From assembly GCA_025201805.1 (NCBI GenBank), contig MU619393.1, positions 1-64,000 of the forward strand: DNA of 64,000 nt, in the 5' to 3' direction. Of the stretch, positions 40,226-53,700 are shown piece after piece; the first letter of the stretch is position 1; every line of letters begins with the position of its first letter. A model generated the notes under the pieces. It had not been told where the DNA came from. It saw nothing but the letters and a program-made list of their open reading frames with translations, and ran no database searches. The DNA comes from Parasitella parasitica NRRL 2501 (lineage: Eukaryota; Fungi; Mucoromycota). The translations under genes and the position numbers were made by a program.

Positions 40226-42775
40226 ATGCCCATGTTTGTCTATAAGAGAGGTACCCAGAGTCTAGTTGTCATTATACAAGTGTTTAAGCCCAATATCATT
40301 AGATGGAAGACGTGAAAGAGTAGCTTTTGATAAGGCATAGTATACAGAGAAATGCCCAATGCTTCAACTAACCATCTATTTATCACCTAGATCACCGCTA
40401 GAATCAACAAACTCTGTTATGGTCTTGACATGAACTATGTTGATCCTGTCGCTATCACTCAAAAGGTAAGTCTGTGGAGTAGCTGCTCAGTTGACAATAC
40501 CAAGTTGTTGCTTAATTAAAAAAAAAAAAAAAAGGTTATTTCTGGTGTCTATCAAGGCGTAACCACTATTGAGCTCGATAACCTTGCTGCGGAAACTGCA
40601 GCCTACATGACTACCACCCATCCCGACTATGCTCAATTAGCTGCTCGCATTGCCATCTCCAACCTACACAAGGAAACCAAAAAGGTCTTTTCTCAAGTCA
40701 TTGAAGATCTTTATACCTATATCAACCCCAAGACTGGTAAGCATTCTCCAATGATCGCAGAAAACATCTACAATATCATCATGGCCAATGCTGAGCGTCT
40801 CAACTCCGCCATCATCTACGACCGTGATTTCAAGTACAATTTCTTTGGTTTCAAGACATTGGAGCGCTCCTACTTGCTCAAGATCAACTCCAAAGTAGCC
40901 GAGAGACCTCAACATTTGATCATGCGTGTCGCAGTCGGCATCCACGGTGAAGATATTGACGCTGCCATCGAAACGTACAACCTGATGTCAGAACGTTATT
41001 TCACTCACGCTAGTCCCACCTTGTTCAATGCTGGCACTCCTCGCCCACAGTTGTCCTCTTGTTTCTTGTTGACCATGAAAGAGGACTCAATTGAGGGTAT
41101 CTACGAAACCCTCAAGATCTGTGCTCAAATTTCAAAGACGGCTGGTGGCATCGGTTTGAATATTCACAATGTTCGTGCTACTGGTTCTTACATTGCTGGT
41201 ACCAATGGCTACTCTAATGGACTCTTGCCCATGTTGCGTGTGTTCAACAATACTGCCCGTTATGTCGATCAAGGTGGTAATAAGCGCCCTGGTGCTTTTG
41301 CCATGTATTTGGAACCCTGGCATGCTGATATATTCATGTTCCTTGATCTCCGCAAAAACTTTGGTAAGGACGAAATCAGAGCTCGTGATTTGTTTTATGC
41401 TCTTTGGGTGCCTGATCTTTTTATGGAACGCGTTAGAGATAATGGTGAATGGTCTCTTTTCTGTCCTAGCGAGGCTCCTGGTCTTTGTGAAGTATGGGGC
41501 GACGAATTCAAGGCTTTGTTTGAACAGTATGAACGGGAAGGCAGAGCTAGAGAAACTATCAAAGCACAAAAACTTTGGTATGCTATTTTAGAAGCTCAAA
41601 CTGAAACTGGCAATCCTTTCATGCTCTATAAGGATGCCTGTAATAGAAAGAGCAACCAACAGAATCTGGGTACTATCAAGTGTAGTAACCTTTGTACCGA
41701 AATTGTCGAGTATTCCAGCCCTGATGAAGTCGCCGTTTGTAATTTGGCCTCTATTGCTTTACCTTCTTTCGTTGTTGATAGGAAGAAGTACGATTTCCAA
41801 AAGCTTCATGATGTCACCAAGGTCATTACCAAAAATTTGAACAAGATCATCGATGTCAACTACTATCCTGTGGTTGAAGCTGAACGCTCTAACAAGAGAC
41901 ATCGTCCTATTGGCTTGGGTGTTCAAGGTTTGGCTGATGCTTTCATGCTAATGAAGTTTGCTTTCGACTCTCCCGAAGCCAAACAACTGAATATTCAAAT
42001 CTTTGAAACAATCTATCATGCTGCCTTGGAAGCTTCGATTGAACTAGCTGAACAGTTTGGCCCATATGAGACGTATGAAGGTAGCCCAGTATCTCGAGGC
42101 ATTCTGCAATACGACATGTGGGATGTCACGCCTTCTTCTCTTTGGGATTGGGCGTCTTTGAAAGAGAAGATTGCCAAGCACGGTGTCCGCAACTCCCTCT
42201 TACTTGCTCCTATGCCCACTGCCTCCACCTCACAAATCATGGGTTTCAATGAATGCTTTGAGCCCTACACATCCAACTTGTATACCCGCCGTGTTCTTGC
42301 TGGTGAATTCCAAATTGTGAACCCTTGGTTGCTGAAGGATTTGGTCGAAATGGATCTTTGGAACGAAGATGTCAAGAATATGATCATGTCTGATGGTGGT
42401 TCTATCCAAAACATTCCTGGTATCCCTCAAAAATTGAAGGACATTTATAAAACCGTCTGGGAACTAAGCCAACGTACTTTGGTTGATATGGCTGCTGACC
42501 GTGGTGCTTTTATTGACCAAAGTCAAAGCTTGAATATTTTTATTGGAGAACCTAATTTTGGTAAATTGACCAGTATGCATTTTTATGGTTGGCAAAAGGG
42601 CTTGAAGACTGGTATGTATTATCTACGTACTCGTCCTGCTGTCGATGCAATCAAGTTTACCGTGGACCAACTTTCTTTGCGTGAATATCGTAAAAAGAAA
42701 TCTGAAGAGGAAAATGAAGCTGATATGGTCTGCTCCATTGATAATAAGGATGCTTGCGTTAGCTGCAGTGGATAG
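40226..42775 (+). CDS. RNR1: Ribonucleoside-diphosphate reductase large subunit (class Ia) with ATP cone; three 5' introns
   Basis: Spliced start M(PM)[21 protein letters not shown]; catalytic motifs QLSSCF, SNLCTEI, AVCNLAS and GMYYLR; C-terminal CVSCSG. Confidence 0.98.
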
Positions 42776-45700
42776 TTTATTTTTATCCTCTCTTTTCCTT
42801 AATTTGCTGAAACAACCAAAACTTGTATATATCTTATATTTAATTCCGCTCACCCTGTCTCCCCTTCTCTATTCTTCTATTATCATCATCTTGGCAATAA
42901 AAAAAAAATCGTTTCAATTTGGGTTGATATAAATCGCTCACTTTATCTGATCCTCCTAGTGATAGTTTAATGTAGCACTCATATCTTGTCCATCGTAACC
43001 ATTATTTCAACTCAGCTATCACGGCAACCGTTCCTGATCGGATCCAAGGTTAAAATATCACTGGTTGTTCTATGATAAATAGAAATAATTATGGAATGTC
43101 TTGTGCACGAGCTCATCTGCTTGTCTTAAATACAAAAGATAAACTTATCGCTGAATGATTTTACATGCATAATGATTAGCTGAAACTGTTTTTATTTACT
43201 ATTTCTTTCACTCTATTCACCCAAAAATGCTTTTTGATACTTATAAGCCTGAGGAGTAAGTGCAATTTATAGACGGATACGCTACGTCTGGTGAAGAAAT
43301 GGGAGAAATGAACGAGATTGTAGACGTAGATTATGAGCACGCTCAATGCTCTGTAATGAATGCTACTAATATAAATAGCATGGCCGCTGATGAAATAGAA
43401 GAAGTAAATAAAAACATAAGCAACTTACTCATGACACCCTAACTCCTCGAATAACAGTTGCCTGTCAGCTAGCCAAACTGTTTGATTAGCTCAGTAAAAG
43501 CTCTCTCTCCCTATCTCTGAAAGCACTATCTTCTATCCTTTGGCCGCCTTCAAGGACAGCTTTCATCACTCACATTTATTACTACAGTATTGCTAATTTT
43601 TGTGTGTAGTAAAGTGTATTCAGCTTATTTGATTTACTCAACATACTTTATTATTTAACTTGACGTAGCTATTCTTCAGCTTTTTCTCGCTTGCAAAGTG
43701 AATAGCCGCTAATCTGTTATGCGACATGTTGCCTTGAGATTCATCGGTTTCTACAAAAATCATTATGATTACAGGTACTGCAACGTAGACATACTTGGCT
43801 CTATACTAATTTCTTATGGGGGGTTTTTTTCTAACTACTGTTTTACTCTAAAATGAGGCGATTGGGAATCCAATTTGAGATGATCTGAAAACTAAAATTC
43901 TTGATGGATTGAGCAACCTTGTTCTGCTTTATACTTTGTTAGAGTCCAAACCATATGAAGTCGTTGCACTACTCTCAATTCAATTTCTTCCGTAACCGAA
44001 TCCTCTTCTTCCTCGGATGTAGATTCTTCTGGAAGTTGCTTCAAACATGGCAATGTCTTAATGGCCAGTAGTTATACCTTTTCTTAAAAGTCAAGAATTC
44101 CAAGACACATTGAATTATTTTACGGGTAAATCTCAAAAAGCCAAAAGAAATCAGAAAAAACTTACCAAATAAGATAATAATAAGTTTTTTTTTACAGTCT
44201 TTTTATGGTGTCTGATAAAAAAGTTCTAGTAAATGATAAATGTCACGGTTTTTGTGATAAAAGCTGAGAAAAGGCCTTTTTAGATTTACATTTTAGAGTA
44301 GGGAATATTTTATATTGATTTGCAAAATTGCGACGCCCTTATTATTTTATTGTTGATCAAACAGCCATTGTGCAGGAGCAATAGGTATTTGGTTTAGCGA
44401 TTTATCGCCTATTCAAAATTTGATACTCTACAGTACAGTGCCTGGAACTTGGAATCTACCAGAAGTTTATTATGAAGCTTAACTTTTTTTTAGTAAAATT
44501 ACCTGTAACCTCAATCCTAACCTCTATTTTACATGTTTAGCATTAGAATCATAAAAAAAAGGAACTCTCGAACTGAAATTAAGTATTATTATAGGCAACA
44601 ATGGTAATAGGGCTTCTCTGTCACTAGCAATTAGCAACTTATGAATTATTCACAAATAACAAGGGGTTACTAAAGCAGAACATTGTATTCGTTAATTATT
44701 CTCTTCGACTTCCAACTCGATGAGCCACACTTGTTTTATCATATTACCGTGAAGAAAGGTATACTTGCGGCATCCAAAATGCTTACTTTAGAGCTGTGTC
44801 ATGTACTAGAATTGATATTGACATAATGTCTTCTTCAGAAAGGTATTTTTACAGCTAAAAAGCAAGAACTTTAGCTTCTTGTGCCATTTTTTGACTGATT
44901 TTCATAATCTAAAGTGCCCTGAAAACACCAGAAATAGTATCCGTTGGGAAAAAACTATATTATATATGATTTTGGTGCAATTTGAGCATGATTTTTTTTT
45001 CGATGCAAAATGACGGATTTTTTCGATTTTTTCCTTGTATCCACACATCCAAAATCATCGATTATGCATTATCCTCAATTTCGACCCCAAAAATGCAACT
45101 TTTTACTATGGCATATATTGGAGGAAAATGATCGTAAAAGACCAATCCTTGATCTCAAAGACTAAAAATGCGCTCTGATTAAGCAAAATATTGACTTTTC
45201 CCTCTTGAACTGTTTTTGAAATTTTTCGGCAGAATTCCTTCCATAGGCATACGGGGATTATGAAAATAACACCATCGTGTAGCGTGCCCAAATGTACAGC
45301 TATTATCATAGATTGACAGCCGTGGTATGTATAGTATCGGAGGATGATATCTTGCCTCAAAGGGGTAATTTTGATTTTGTTGTGTCCGAATGGAGTTTCT
45401 GAAAGAATTTTTCCTTCCTGATTTTGGACGCGTTTAATCTCCGCTATCAAAGAAAAATGGAAAAAAGCATTAGCTTTGAGAAGCCATAGCTTGTCCAGTT
45501 TAGAAGAAAAACAACCACAGCTTGCTTCATTTAAATGTTACGCTTATTGGCTTTCTAATGGTAGTACTTTTATATCTGTAACTAGCTTGACATTCTCACG
45601 CTCCGATTTTGAAAGATACTTTTCCGAAAAAAGCCAGAAAAGTCGCTACCTTCATCTGATGTCAACCTAAAAAGCACAAAAACTTGCTCTAAGCTATGCA

Positions 45701-45997
45701 ATATGTAGTCAAAAGGTGCCTTACAGTCTAATGCATTACTTTGCATTACTTTTTGTGTTTGAGATCGCTAAACATTGTTTTTTTTTTACAGTATTCGTCT
45801 TTTTTCTGACAATAACACACTGAAGTTCGCGCAGACTAAAAAGAAAAACAGGCGTCTAAAATCTAAGATGGCTTTACAAAGACACACACTGTCGAACCAT
45901 TCCAATATTATGGAAAATATGGCACAGGTTTGACTAGCTGGTATAATTTGCAACTGGATATAGAGAACCCAGCTTGTCACTTGTCTGACAAGACCTT

Positions 45998-47761
45998 CTA
46001 CATTAGAAGACGCCAAATTGTGATTGTACTGCCTATATGTCTCTTGCAATTTGGTGGAATTCGATTTTGCTTCTCATCTTCAGATTGCTCTATGAGAATT
46101 TTTATAGAGCTAAGATTTTGGACTCTCGAGTGAGCAACATATAATTGGCCAAGTGAAAATACAGGCTTTGGAAGGTATAAGCCCACCTTTTGCAAAGTCT
46201 GTCCTTGAGCCTTGTTTACAAACATTTCAAAGGCAAGCCTAATGAGAAATTGATGTCTTTGGAAGTTGATAGGGGACTCATCAGGTGAATTTAAAGAGAT
46301 TTCCGGGATAAGGACCCCATCAGCAATTTTTGAACCTGAGATTGTTCTTGCAGAAATAACATTTGGGAGAAGGGCTTCGAGAAACAATCTTCTAATGTTT
46401 AAGTTTAGTAGATGAGGAGGAATACCACCAAATTCAATGTTGTTCATCATTTCTAGGGGATACTGTACTTGAGCTATCTCAAAGGAACATTTATCAACGC
46501 CACGACATATGACCTCTTGGCCAGGAATTTGAGCAAGCATGATATCATTTAAAATCTGAACATTGGCATTCATTGGTGTCATAAAAATTGAGTTTGTGAG
46601 CATGTCTACCCAGGAACGGGATATCATATCGACACCCACTGTAACCAAAAGTGGGAATGTGCTATCGATAAGAAAATACAGGTTGATACCAGGAATCACC
46701 ATATCCAATGACATGGGATTATAATCGGTGTCAGAAGCAGGAGCAAAATCTGAGAAAATATTGGGCGTTCTCCGGCCGCAGGTAAACCACTACCCCATTA
46801 AGTGGTACGCACCTCTGTGCAATTTAATGATGTATACACCACCACCTCGAGTTTCTTGTTCTCTCGAGATCTCCTGCTCTCAGAAAACAAATCAAAATGT
46901 GTTTTTTTTTCAGTTAACAAGACATTATCTTTAAAAAATGGAATAATTTTATTGCAATATCATCTAAACTTTGAACTTGTAATCGATTATATTTAGATTT
47001 TAGATCATAAATTGTTCGACAATCAAAGAGTTTTTCTAATTCTTCTAAAACATTCCTACATGATTTGTTTTTTTCTTAATCTTCATTGAAGCAAAGCTCA
47101 ATGCACTGTTATATGACTTTATATTGATCCTGAACTCCCTACATTTGCGTGTTGATACTTTTAGCAAATGAGCAAGTAAAGGTGGTGTTGGTTTAAGAGG
47201 TTTAAGCTTGAAAGAGCTGGTTGCACAGCATAGTTGAAATCGAGGGTTGGTATTAGATGACGTTTTGATTCTCTCAACCATCCACATCAGGGTTCCACAG
47301 CCAGTACACTCCACGCTCATACGACTACGGTCATCTCTCTCAGTGAGAAATCTTGCGGGATCCTTTGCAATATTTCGTGTGATAAAATCATTTGCTGCTC
47401 TTGGACTTCGTGTTTAGTTTGTTGGGTCAGCGGAGCATGTTTTGCTTTCGGAAGGATTTGGGTTATTTCTTGGATTATCAAAAGAAGAACTGTGCGTACT
47501 TTCTGAACGCCCTAATTACTGCCAAAAGGCACACTTAGACACACTGACTTAACGTGTGGGGGTTATGTCGCTTTCTCTAACAGATTGAGCGTTCTCATTT
47601 GTATCATTTGTAGGGATACAACTGCTAATTGGATTGTTAGAACATGATTTATGTGATCTTCCCGAATGACCCAATTTGTGGCATGAAGCGCAACGCTTGG
47701 TTTTCTGGTGGCTAGGGCCTGCTATATTTTGGTCAGAATCAGGGAAAGGACGCTTTGGCAT
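45998..47761 (-). mobile_element. Internally deleted, degenerate Helitron (RepHel relic)
   Basis: PIF1-helicase C-terminal motifs FQRHQFLIRLAF.M.VNKAQGQTL.KVGLYL..PVFSLGQLYVAHSRV (45998-46714). RepHel N-terminal Zn finger CTGCGTLMW..E...FQLCC...FRINIKSYNSALSFASM (47045-47320). CxxC..GH..C knuckle (47549-47761). Rep/HUH and helicase motif I regions are absent. Confidence 0.88.
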
Positions 47762-48099
47762 ACTATCATTTATTATAATACTTGTGATTTCTAAAAATTT
47801 GATCAAGCCCTAGGCCCTTTTAAGACTTATTTTACGACGTAATTTGAGGAGTCTCTTTTGAGGGTAATATGTAAACTGTGATTTCTAGTTTAACACATGA
47901 ATCAACCTTAAATGTTATTATTTATACCAATTTGTAAAAGCGAGAGAAGGGTGCGATAACAGTGGGAAGGGAGGCATTTATATGATGGCTGTAGTTCGCA
48001 ATGTTGCACCAGACATTGGCAGTAAACTTTCTTACTGTAATGACCAAGAGAGATTGCATGAACTAATAATATAAATAACCAGAAAGTAAAATGTTTAAA

Positions 48100-49284
48100 A
48101 GAATTTCGAATAAATAGGCAAAAAAAAGTGGTACTGTTGCTTTGGATGTGGCTATAGGAATCACTCCAAAAAAAAAATCGAAACTTGGTTTTATTGACGA
48201 GAAAGAGGTTTGCCCGGGCAAGACTTTGGTCGATGATTTCGATGTTACAGCTATTTTCCGACGTTATCAAATTTACTCTGAAAAAATAGCTAAACCTATT
48301 ATGCTTGAAAGCAACATCCAAGAATTATTAGCCTTGGGCGATGTCCTATTTTTAGCAAGAAACCAACACAGCAATACGATGATGTCTTTTTCACCGAAGA
48401 GTTGCTTGATAAACTGTCAATTAATCAACAACATTTATTGTGAAATAAAATTCCAGACACATGCCCCGAGTTTACAAAAAGAGAGTACATGGATGTGATG
48501 GACATTTTAACTTGTATCGATCGAAACACTGTGACACCCAAACAAGCGAAACTTCAATTATTAACGCTTGCTGCTGATATGGATTCTTTAAAAAGGCATA
48601 TTATTGAAGGAGTTGGTGATATGTAAGTGTAGTCGGATGAACAGGGGTTGAATGAGGGCTTAATTTTTTTTATTCTGTGGTTGTAATAGGCTTACGAAAT
48701 TACCCTTGGACACAATAGTGGTGAAGCTGATATCCAAACCAGATACTATGAGCCATTGCTATCACCGATCTTGGCGGATAACACGAAGAAAGTCATTTTG
48801 AGATGGCTAAACAAGATGGATGAAGTAACACCTGAAATACGAGCAGATGCAATCATATCAACATTGATCCAATCGAGATTTGGAAGACGTCTTGGGTATG
48901 GCGAGGTAAAACCTGGCCACCACACAATCGCTTTATATAGACACTTTGAAATTGGCCATTTTATCAAGGAATAATTGTTTAAACAAAGGACATCCTACCA
49001 TTTCATTTCAAGTCAACGGATTCCAGCGCTTTTATACCATGACTGAAATTGGTCGTGTCAAAGTTCCAGATTCTTTATCATCAATTGAATCATTTGCTAC
49101 CATGAAAAACCTCCAAACATTGTTATATGTGATCCATGTGTTATGGTATTGGTGTTATTCCACCTCATTGCCAAATTATTCACCGCTGCCTTCTAGTTCC
49201 TCAAGCCCTGATATTATTGCTTTATTTAATATGGCTAGCAACTCAAACTCCAAATTTCGAGATTGCCCCATTCAATTTAATTGA
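48100..49284 (+). pseudogene. Frameshifted gene for a PD-(D/E)xK restriction-endonuclease-like protein (Crinkler/CR-REase-like family of early-diverging fungi)
   Basis: Consecutive fragments in different frames: IQELLALGDVLFL; YEPLLSPILAD..VILRWLN..IRADAIIS..LGYGEVKP; LAILSRN..ISFQVNG..TMTEIGRVKVPDSL. D...GExK pattern; intron-like GTAAGT..TAG at ~48623-48689; stops and frameshifts. Confidence 0.6.
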
Positions 49285-49668
49285 TGTGATTAGTTTTAAT
49301 AAATATAAATCAAGTTTTATGATTTGCAAAATAAAAAGCTTTCTATTTTTCGCTATTAATGAATAAGGCTGAAAAGTATAAAATAAGAGTTAGATTCACT
49401 CTTTTCAACTATCCAAACTCTCAAGCTTTCCAATGCAATTGCATCCCTGCTAAATTTCTGGAGCGTTGGCTTCTTTAGGAAAAAATCAACAAACAAACAT
49501 AACCTTTTTATTAAACATATTTACATATTTATTGTAAGCTGTATCATATAACTCTTATTTATTATTTGGCAGAAAAACCCTTGGCTTATGAATATGAAGT
49601 GATGTGTCAATTTCCCAATCTGAAGTCAAACTCAAGCAAACTCAATCCTGAACACAACCCAGGAATAT

Positions 49669-49880
49669 ATCCCAATGGATCATGTTCCTTATTTATAACA
49701 TAACATGACATCGTCCATTCTCTATATAACACCATGTCTCACACTTGTACCTTATCCCCCCATCAGTCCACTTAGATTCACAGTTTATTTGAATTATTTC
49801 TCATTCTGATAAAGCACCGAGTTAATAACGCCGACATCAATCTCTCCAGGATTTATTATTGTATCCATATAAAGGCTACA
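49669..49880 (-). pseudogene. Decayed coding relic, copy B (intronless); homologous to 18080-18377
   Basis: Reverse complement aligns with copy A but lacks its GT..AG segment and a further ~27 nt. Confidence 0.7.
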
Positions 49881-50739
49881 TATGTCATAGTTATAATGCA
49901 CGGATAATGATATTAATTGTTGGTTTTTCATTTACAAATAAGGAATAAGCTACAAGTTGTAATTGAACCTCTCGCGGGATGTCGGGAAGCAATCTGCCCA
50001 ATCTTTTCTTTAATTCAATAATCTAGAAGAATAGGTCTGTCCTGGAAATGCTGTGATTTAATAATGTTTGACACTTCTTGTCCAACATCAGATGTTGTGT
50101 GGATAAACATTGATTGATATTTTAGTATAAATAGAGATCATATCTTATGTCTATCATACAGCCATTGTGTTGCTCACATGCTTTGTAGTAAGCGATCACC
50201 TTTTTTTCCATTGATGTGTAAGACAAGGCCTCATATGCAACTTAATATCCTGTAGATATAATCGAAAGCTGAGAAGATATGCTGTGAAGTATGGTCTCAA
50301 GTCCGTGTTCGAATAACCTTATTTTTGGCCAAGAAAATACCATTCCAATCTGTAAATACTAGTTTTTCGCTCTCAATGAAAATTAAATAGCTATTTTTTC
50401 CTTTGTATGTTCTATTTCAAGTAATAAAAACTTGTTGGCATTTCTTCATCGTAGTGTCTCGTTGAAAGAAGAGGCTTTCAGGATAATTTTTTTTTTCGTT
50501 TTCAATGTAAATGATAAATGATTGTTTGAATATTCATTCCTGCAAACAAAAACACACGGATGCTGTTAATGAAGCCACTATAATTGAAAACGTAATACTT
50601 CGTGAGACACTTTACAACCAAGATGCAGTATGTATGGAACCCATTTGCGTGACCTTGAAAACGCGAAGCAGAAATTTACCAAAAAGTGTGCAACAAAAAA
50701 ATCTTGACATTACACTTTCCATCGAAAACATTGTCAATC

Positions 50740-53700
50740 ATGAACAGCAAGAACACTTACCATGTTGTCACTACCATCAATGAACCCACCGCTATTACAT
50801 GCACAGCCAAAAGCAGGTTTCTTGATCCTGAATATGATAACCTCATTATTTGGTAAAAGAAAATTTCGCCATCAAAAAAACTAATTTTGACAACTCATCG
50901 TGCAAGCTTTTTGTTCTACATTATTACTTATCAATAGCAAGGGCTCTACAATTGAAATTTACTCGATATTATCTGACGGTATCAAGTTGGCAACAGATTT
51001 TAGCATTTATGGCGTGATCAGTAAGATACAGGCATGCACTATACCCGTAAGTTTAAACCATCTCTTTTTTTAAAAAATGTCTTGACCTTTTTCATTTAGA
51101 ATAAATCAACATGCTCCTTATTCGTACTGACAGACCAAAACTACTTTACAATTCTTACATATGATTCTGTAATGCAGAGAATAAATTCAGAAGGTCATGG
51201 CAAACTGAGTGAACCCAATGCACGTATTACGGACCAACCTATTTCGATAGTGATCGATTTGAAGAGCAGTACAATCCTAATCAGTGCATTTACGGGACGC
51301 TTGTTTTCCGTACCACTTGCACCCAAGATAGATGTCAAGGGCAAATCGAAAGAAGCTGTCCGATCGACTCCATTTGAACCATCATCTATACGAACAAACG
51401 AGTTCGACTTTATATCTATGGTGTCACTGAAAGGCATCCATCAATCCAGCATTGCAGTCTTATTGGGAGGGATCGACAATCTGAAGACAATCAAGACGTT
51501 CAAATATAATGCTTTACTGAACGAAATTTCAGAAAATGACAAACTGCAGGTTGGAGTAGAAGCGACCACGCATTCACTAGTCGCTGTGCCGGACCCAATC
51601 GGCGGCGTACTATCCATTGGAGAGTACATTATATCTTACTACGATCTCTTATCTCCAGGCAGTACGCCAAAGGAATTAAGTATCGATCCAACAGTAGTCA
51701 TGGCAACCTCGTTTCTGGAAAACAGTTATGATCATTGCATGATCGGAGATGCTGAAGGATATCTCTACATGCTGACGTTTGATATTAACAATCTTAAAGT
51801 GCATCAAATTCATAGTACGCTAATTGGACAAGCCTGCATTCCAAATTCAATCACTGATCTAGGAAATGATTTGTTCTATATCGGATCTTCACAAGGCGAT
51901 CCATGTGTGATAAGGCTGAACAGACTAGGAGCCAAATTCTCCGTAGACATTCTGCACACATTCTCGAATCTCGGACCTATTGTGGATTTCTGTCTGTTTG
52001 ATTATGATCAGCAAGGCAAGCAGACGATGGTATGCTGTTCTGGCGTAGACAAGGACGGCAGTTTACGTGTGGTAGAAAATGGGATTGGATTTTTAGAAGA
52101 ATATGAGTTGAATATACCACTGATTACGCAAGTCTTCCCATTAATAATACCTGGCAGGTAGGCCCTCAAAGCGACCTGGCACCGCACACACCGACACATA
52201 CACACACACATTGGCTAACATTTTAATGTAGAACGTCGGATACTCTTATTATTTCAACATTCGACCGAACGATCGTATTGAATCAAACTAGCGACACGGA
52301 AATGAAGGAATACAATAAATACGGTGCATTGATACACAATGATATCACCCTTGCAACGACTGTCAATCACCAAGGCCACTTGGTACAGATTACCAAATTA
52401 TCAGCACGCATAATGACCCTGGGGAGTCAGGGCACTCTTTTACACGAATGGAGGCCACCTAAAGGAGAATATATTGCTATTGCCCAAGTGAATGCAACCC
52501 AATGTGTGCTTTGTTGTGGGAAAGGCTTACTGATTTATTTGGATTATGCAGGCAACGCATTTAGACAGATTAGCTGCTTGCAATTGCCTGATGTTGCCTG
52601 TATACGGCTTTGCCCTCTTAAAGAAGACGGTCTTGATAACGATTACGTACTGGTTGGCATGTGGTCGAAGCCAAAGGCCATGCTACTACTGCTCCCCACC
52701 TTAGAGACTATTCTGGAGTATCCAGTCAAGGAAACGGGGCCTCGTGATCTGCTGATTACAAGGTTCGAACAAAAATTATATTTCATGGTGCTTCTTGGGG
52801 ATGGGCAGTTATTCAGTAACGAGATACAGTTTAGGAGAAACGTGGCACTCTTAATGAACGAAAGACAAACAATGGTTGGCACTTACTGCACAGCCATGTA
52901 CCCCTATGTACATCAGGAGCAAAAGAAGGTTTTCATTGCAGGAAGCAGGCCCACTATCGTATCCAGCTTACGGCAAACTCTATTTTTCTCTGCTGTCAAT
53001 ATGAAGGTTTGAACTGACAACAATGACCTGTCTGCAGTATTCTAAAATGTTCTTTAGGATATCTTTGCATTTGCTACATTCAACCAACATATTTTATTGA
53101 TGACTAGTCAAAGTTTATTATTTGGCCAGATTGATGCGAGCCAAAAACTGCACCACAACAAGTTTAAAATTGAAAATGACATGCCTGTGCGAATTCGATA
53201 CATGAACCAAGCAAGGGCGTTGGCAGTGGGCACAATTTACAAGGAAAAGAACAACCATAACGGATTTCTTTCAAGCAAAGGCAACATACGTATTTTGGAC
53301 GCACAGACATTTCAAGGTAACTGCTACAAATCTGCGAGTTTAAATTGCAAGCAGCTAGACTAACCTCCAACAATTAGTGCTGGATACTTACGCATTGCCT
53401 GAAACCGAAACAATTGAAAGCATGGTCATGGCAAGCTTCTCTGGATATCCCAATAAAGAGTACCTGTTTGTCGGCACAATTATCGAGAATCTCGAAGATC
53501 CAGATGCAAATCATGGCCGTATTCTAGTGTTTGACATAAAGGACAACTATAAAGTCGAATTGCTCGAGGCAGTTGAACAGCCTGGCGTTATATACGATCT
53601 GAAAGCATTCCAGAATTCAGTGGTGGCAGCCGTGAATGGCTCGGTAAGTTCAAGCATGATCTTTCCCCTAGCAAAACCTGACTTGTTTATAGATTTATTG

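Noticed and set aside
44427-44460. TACAGTG.. Tc1/mariner-like terminal inverted repeat
   Set aside because: I found no matching inverted copy and no transposase nearby.
44600-45990. Helitron 3' terminus (hairpin plus CTRR)
   Set aside because: Several CTAG sites are present but none has a convincing GC-rich hairpin at the right distance, so the boundary is left undefined.
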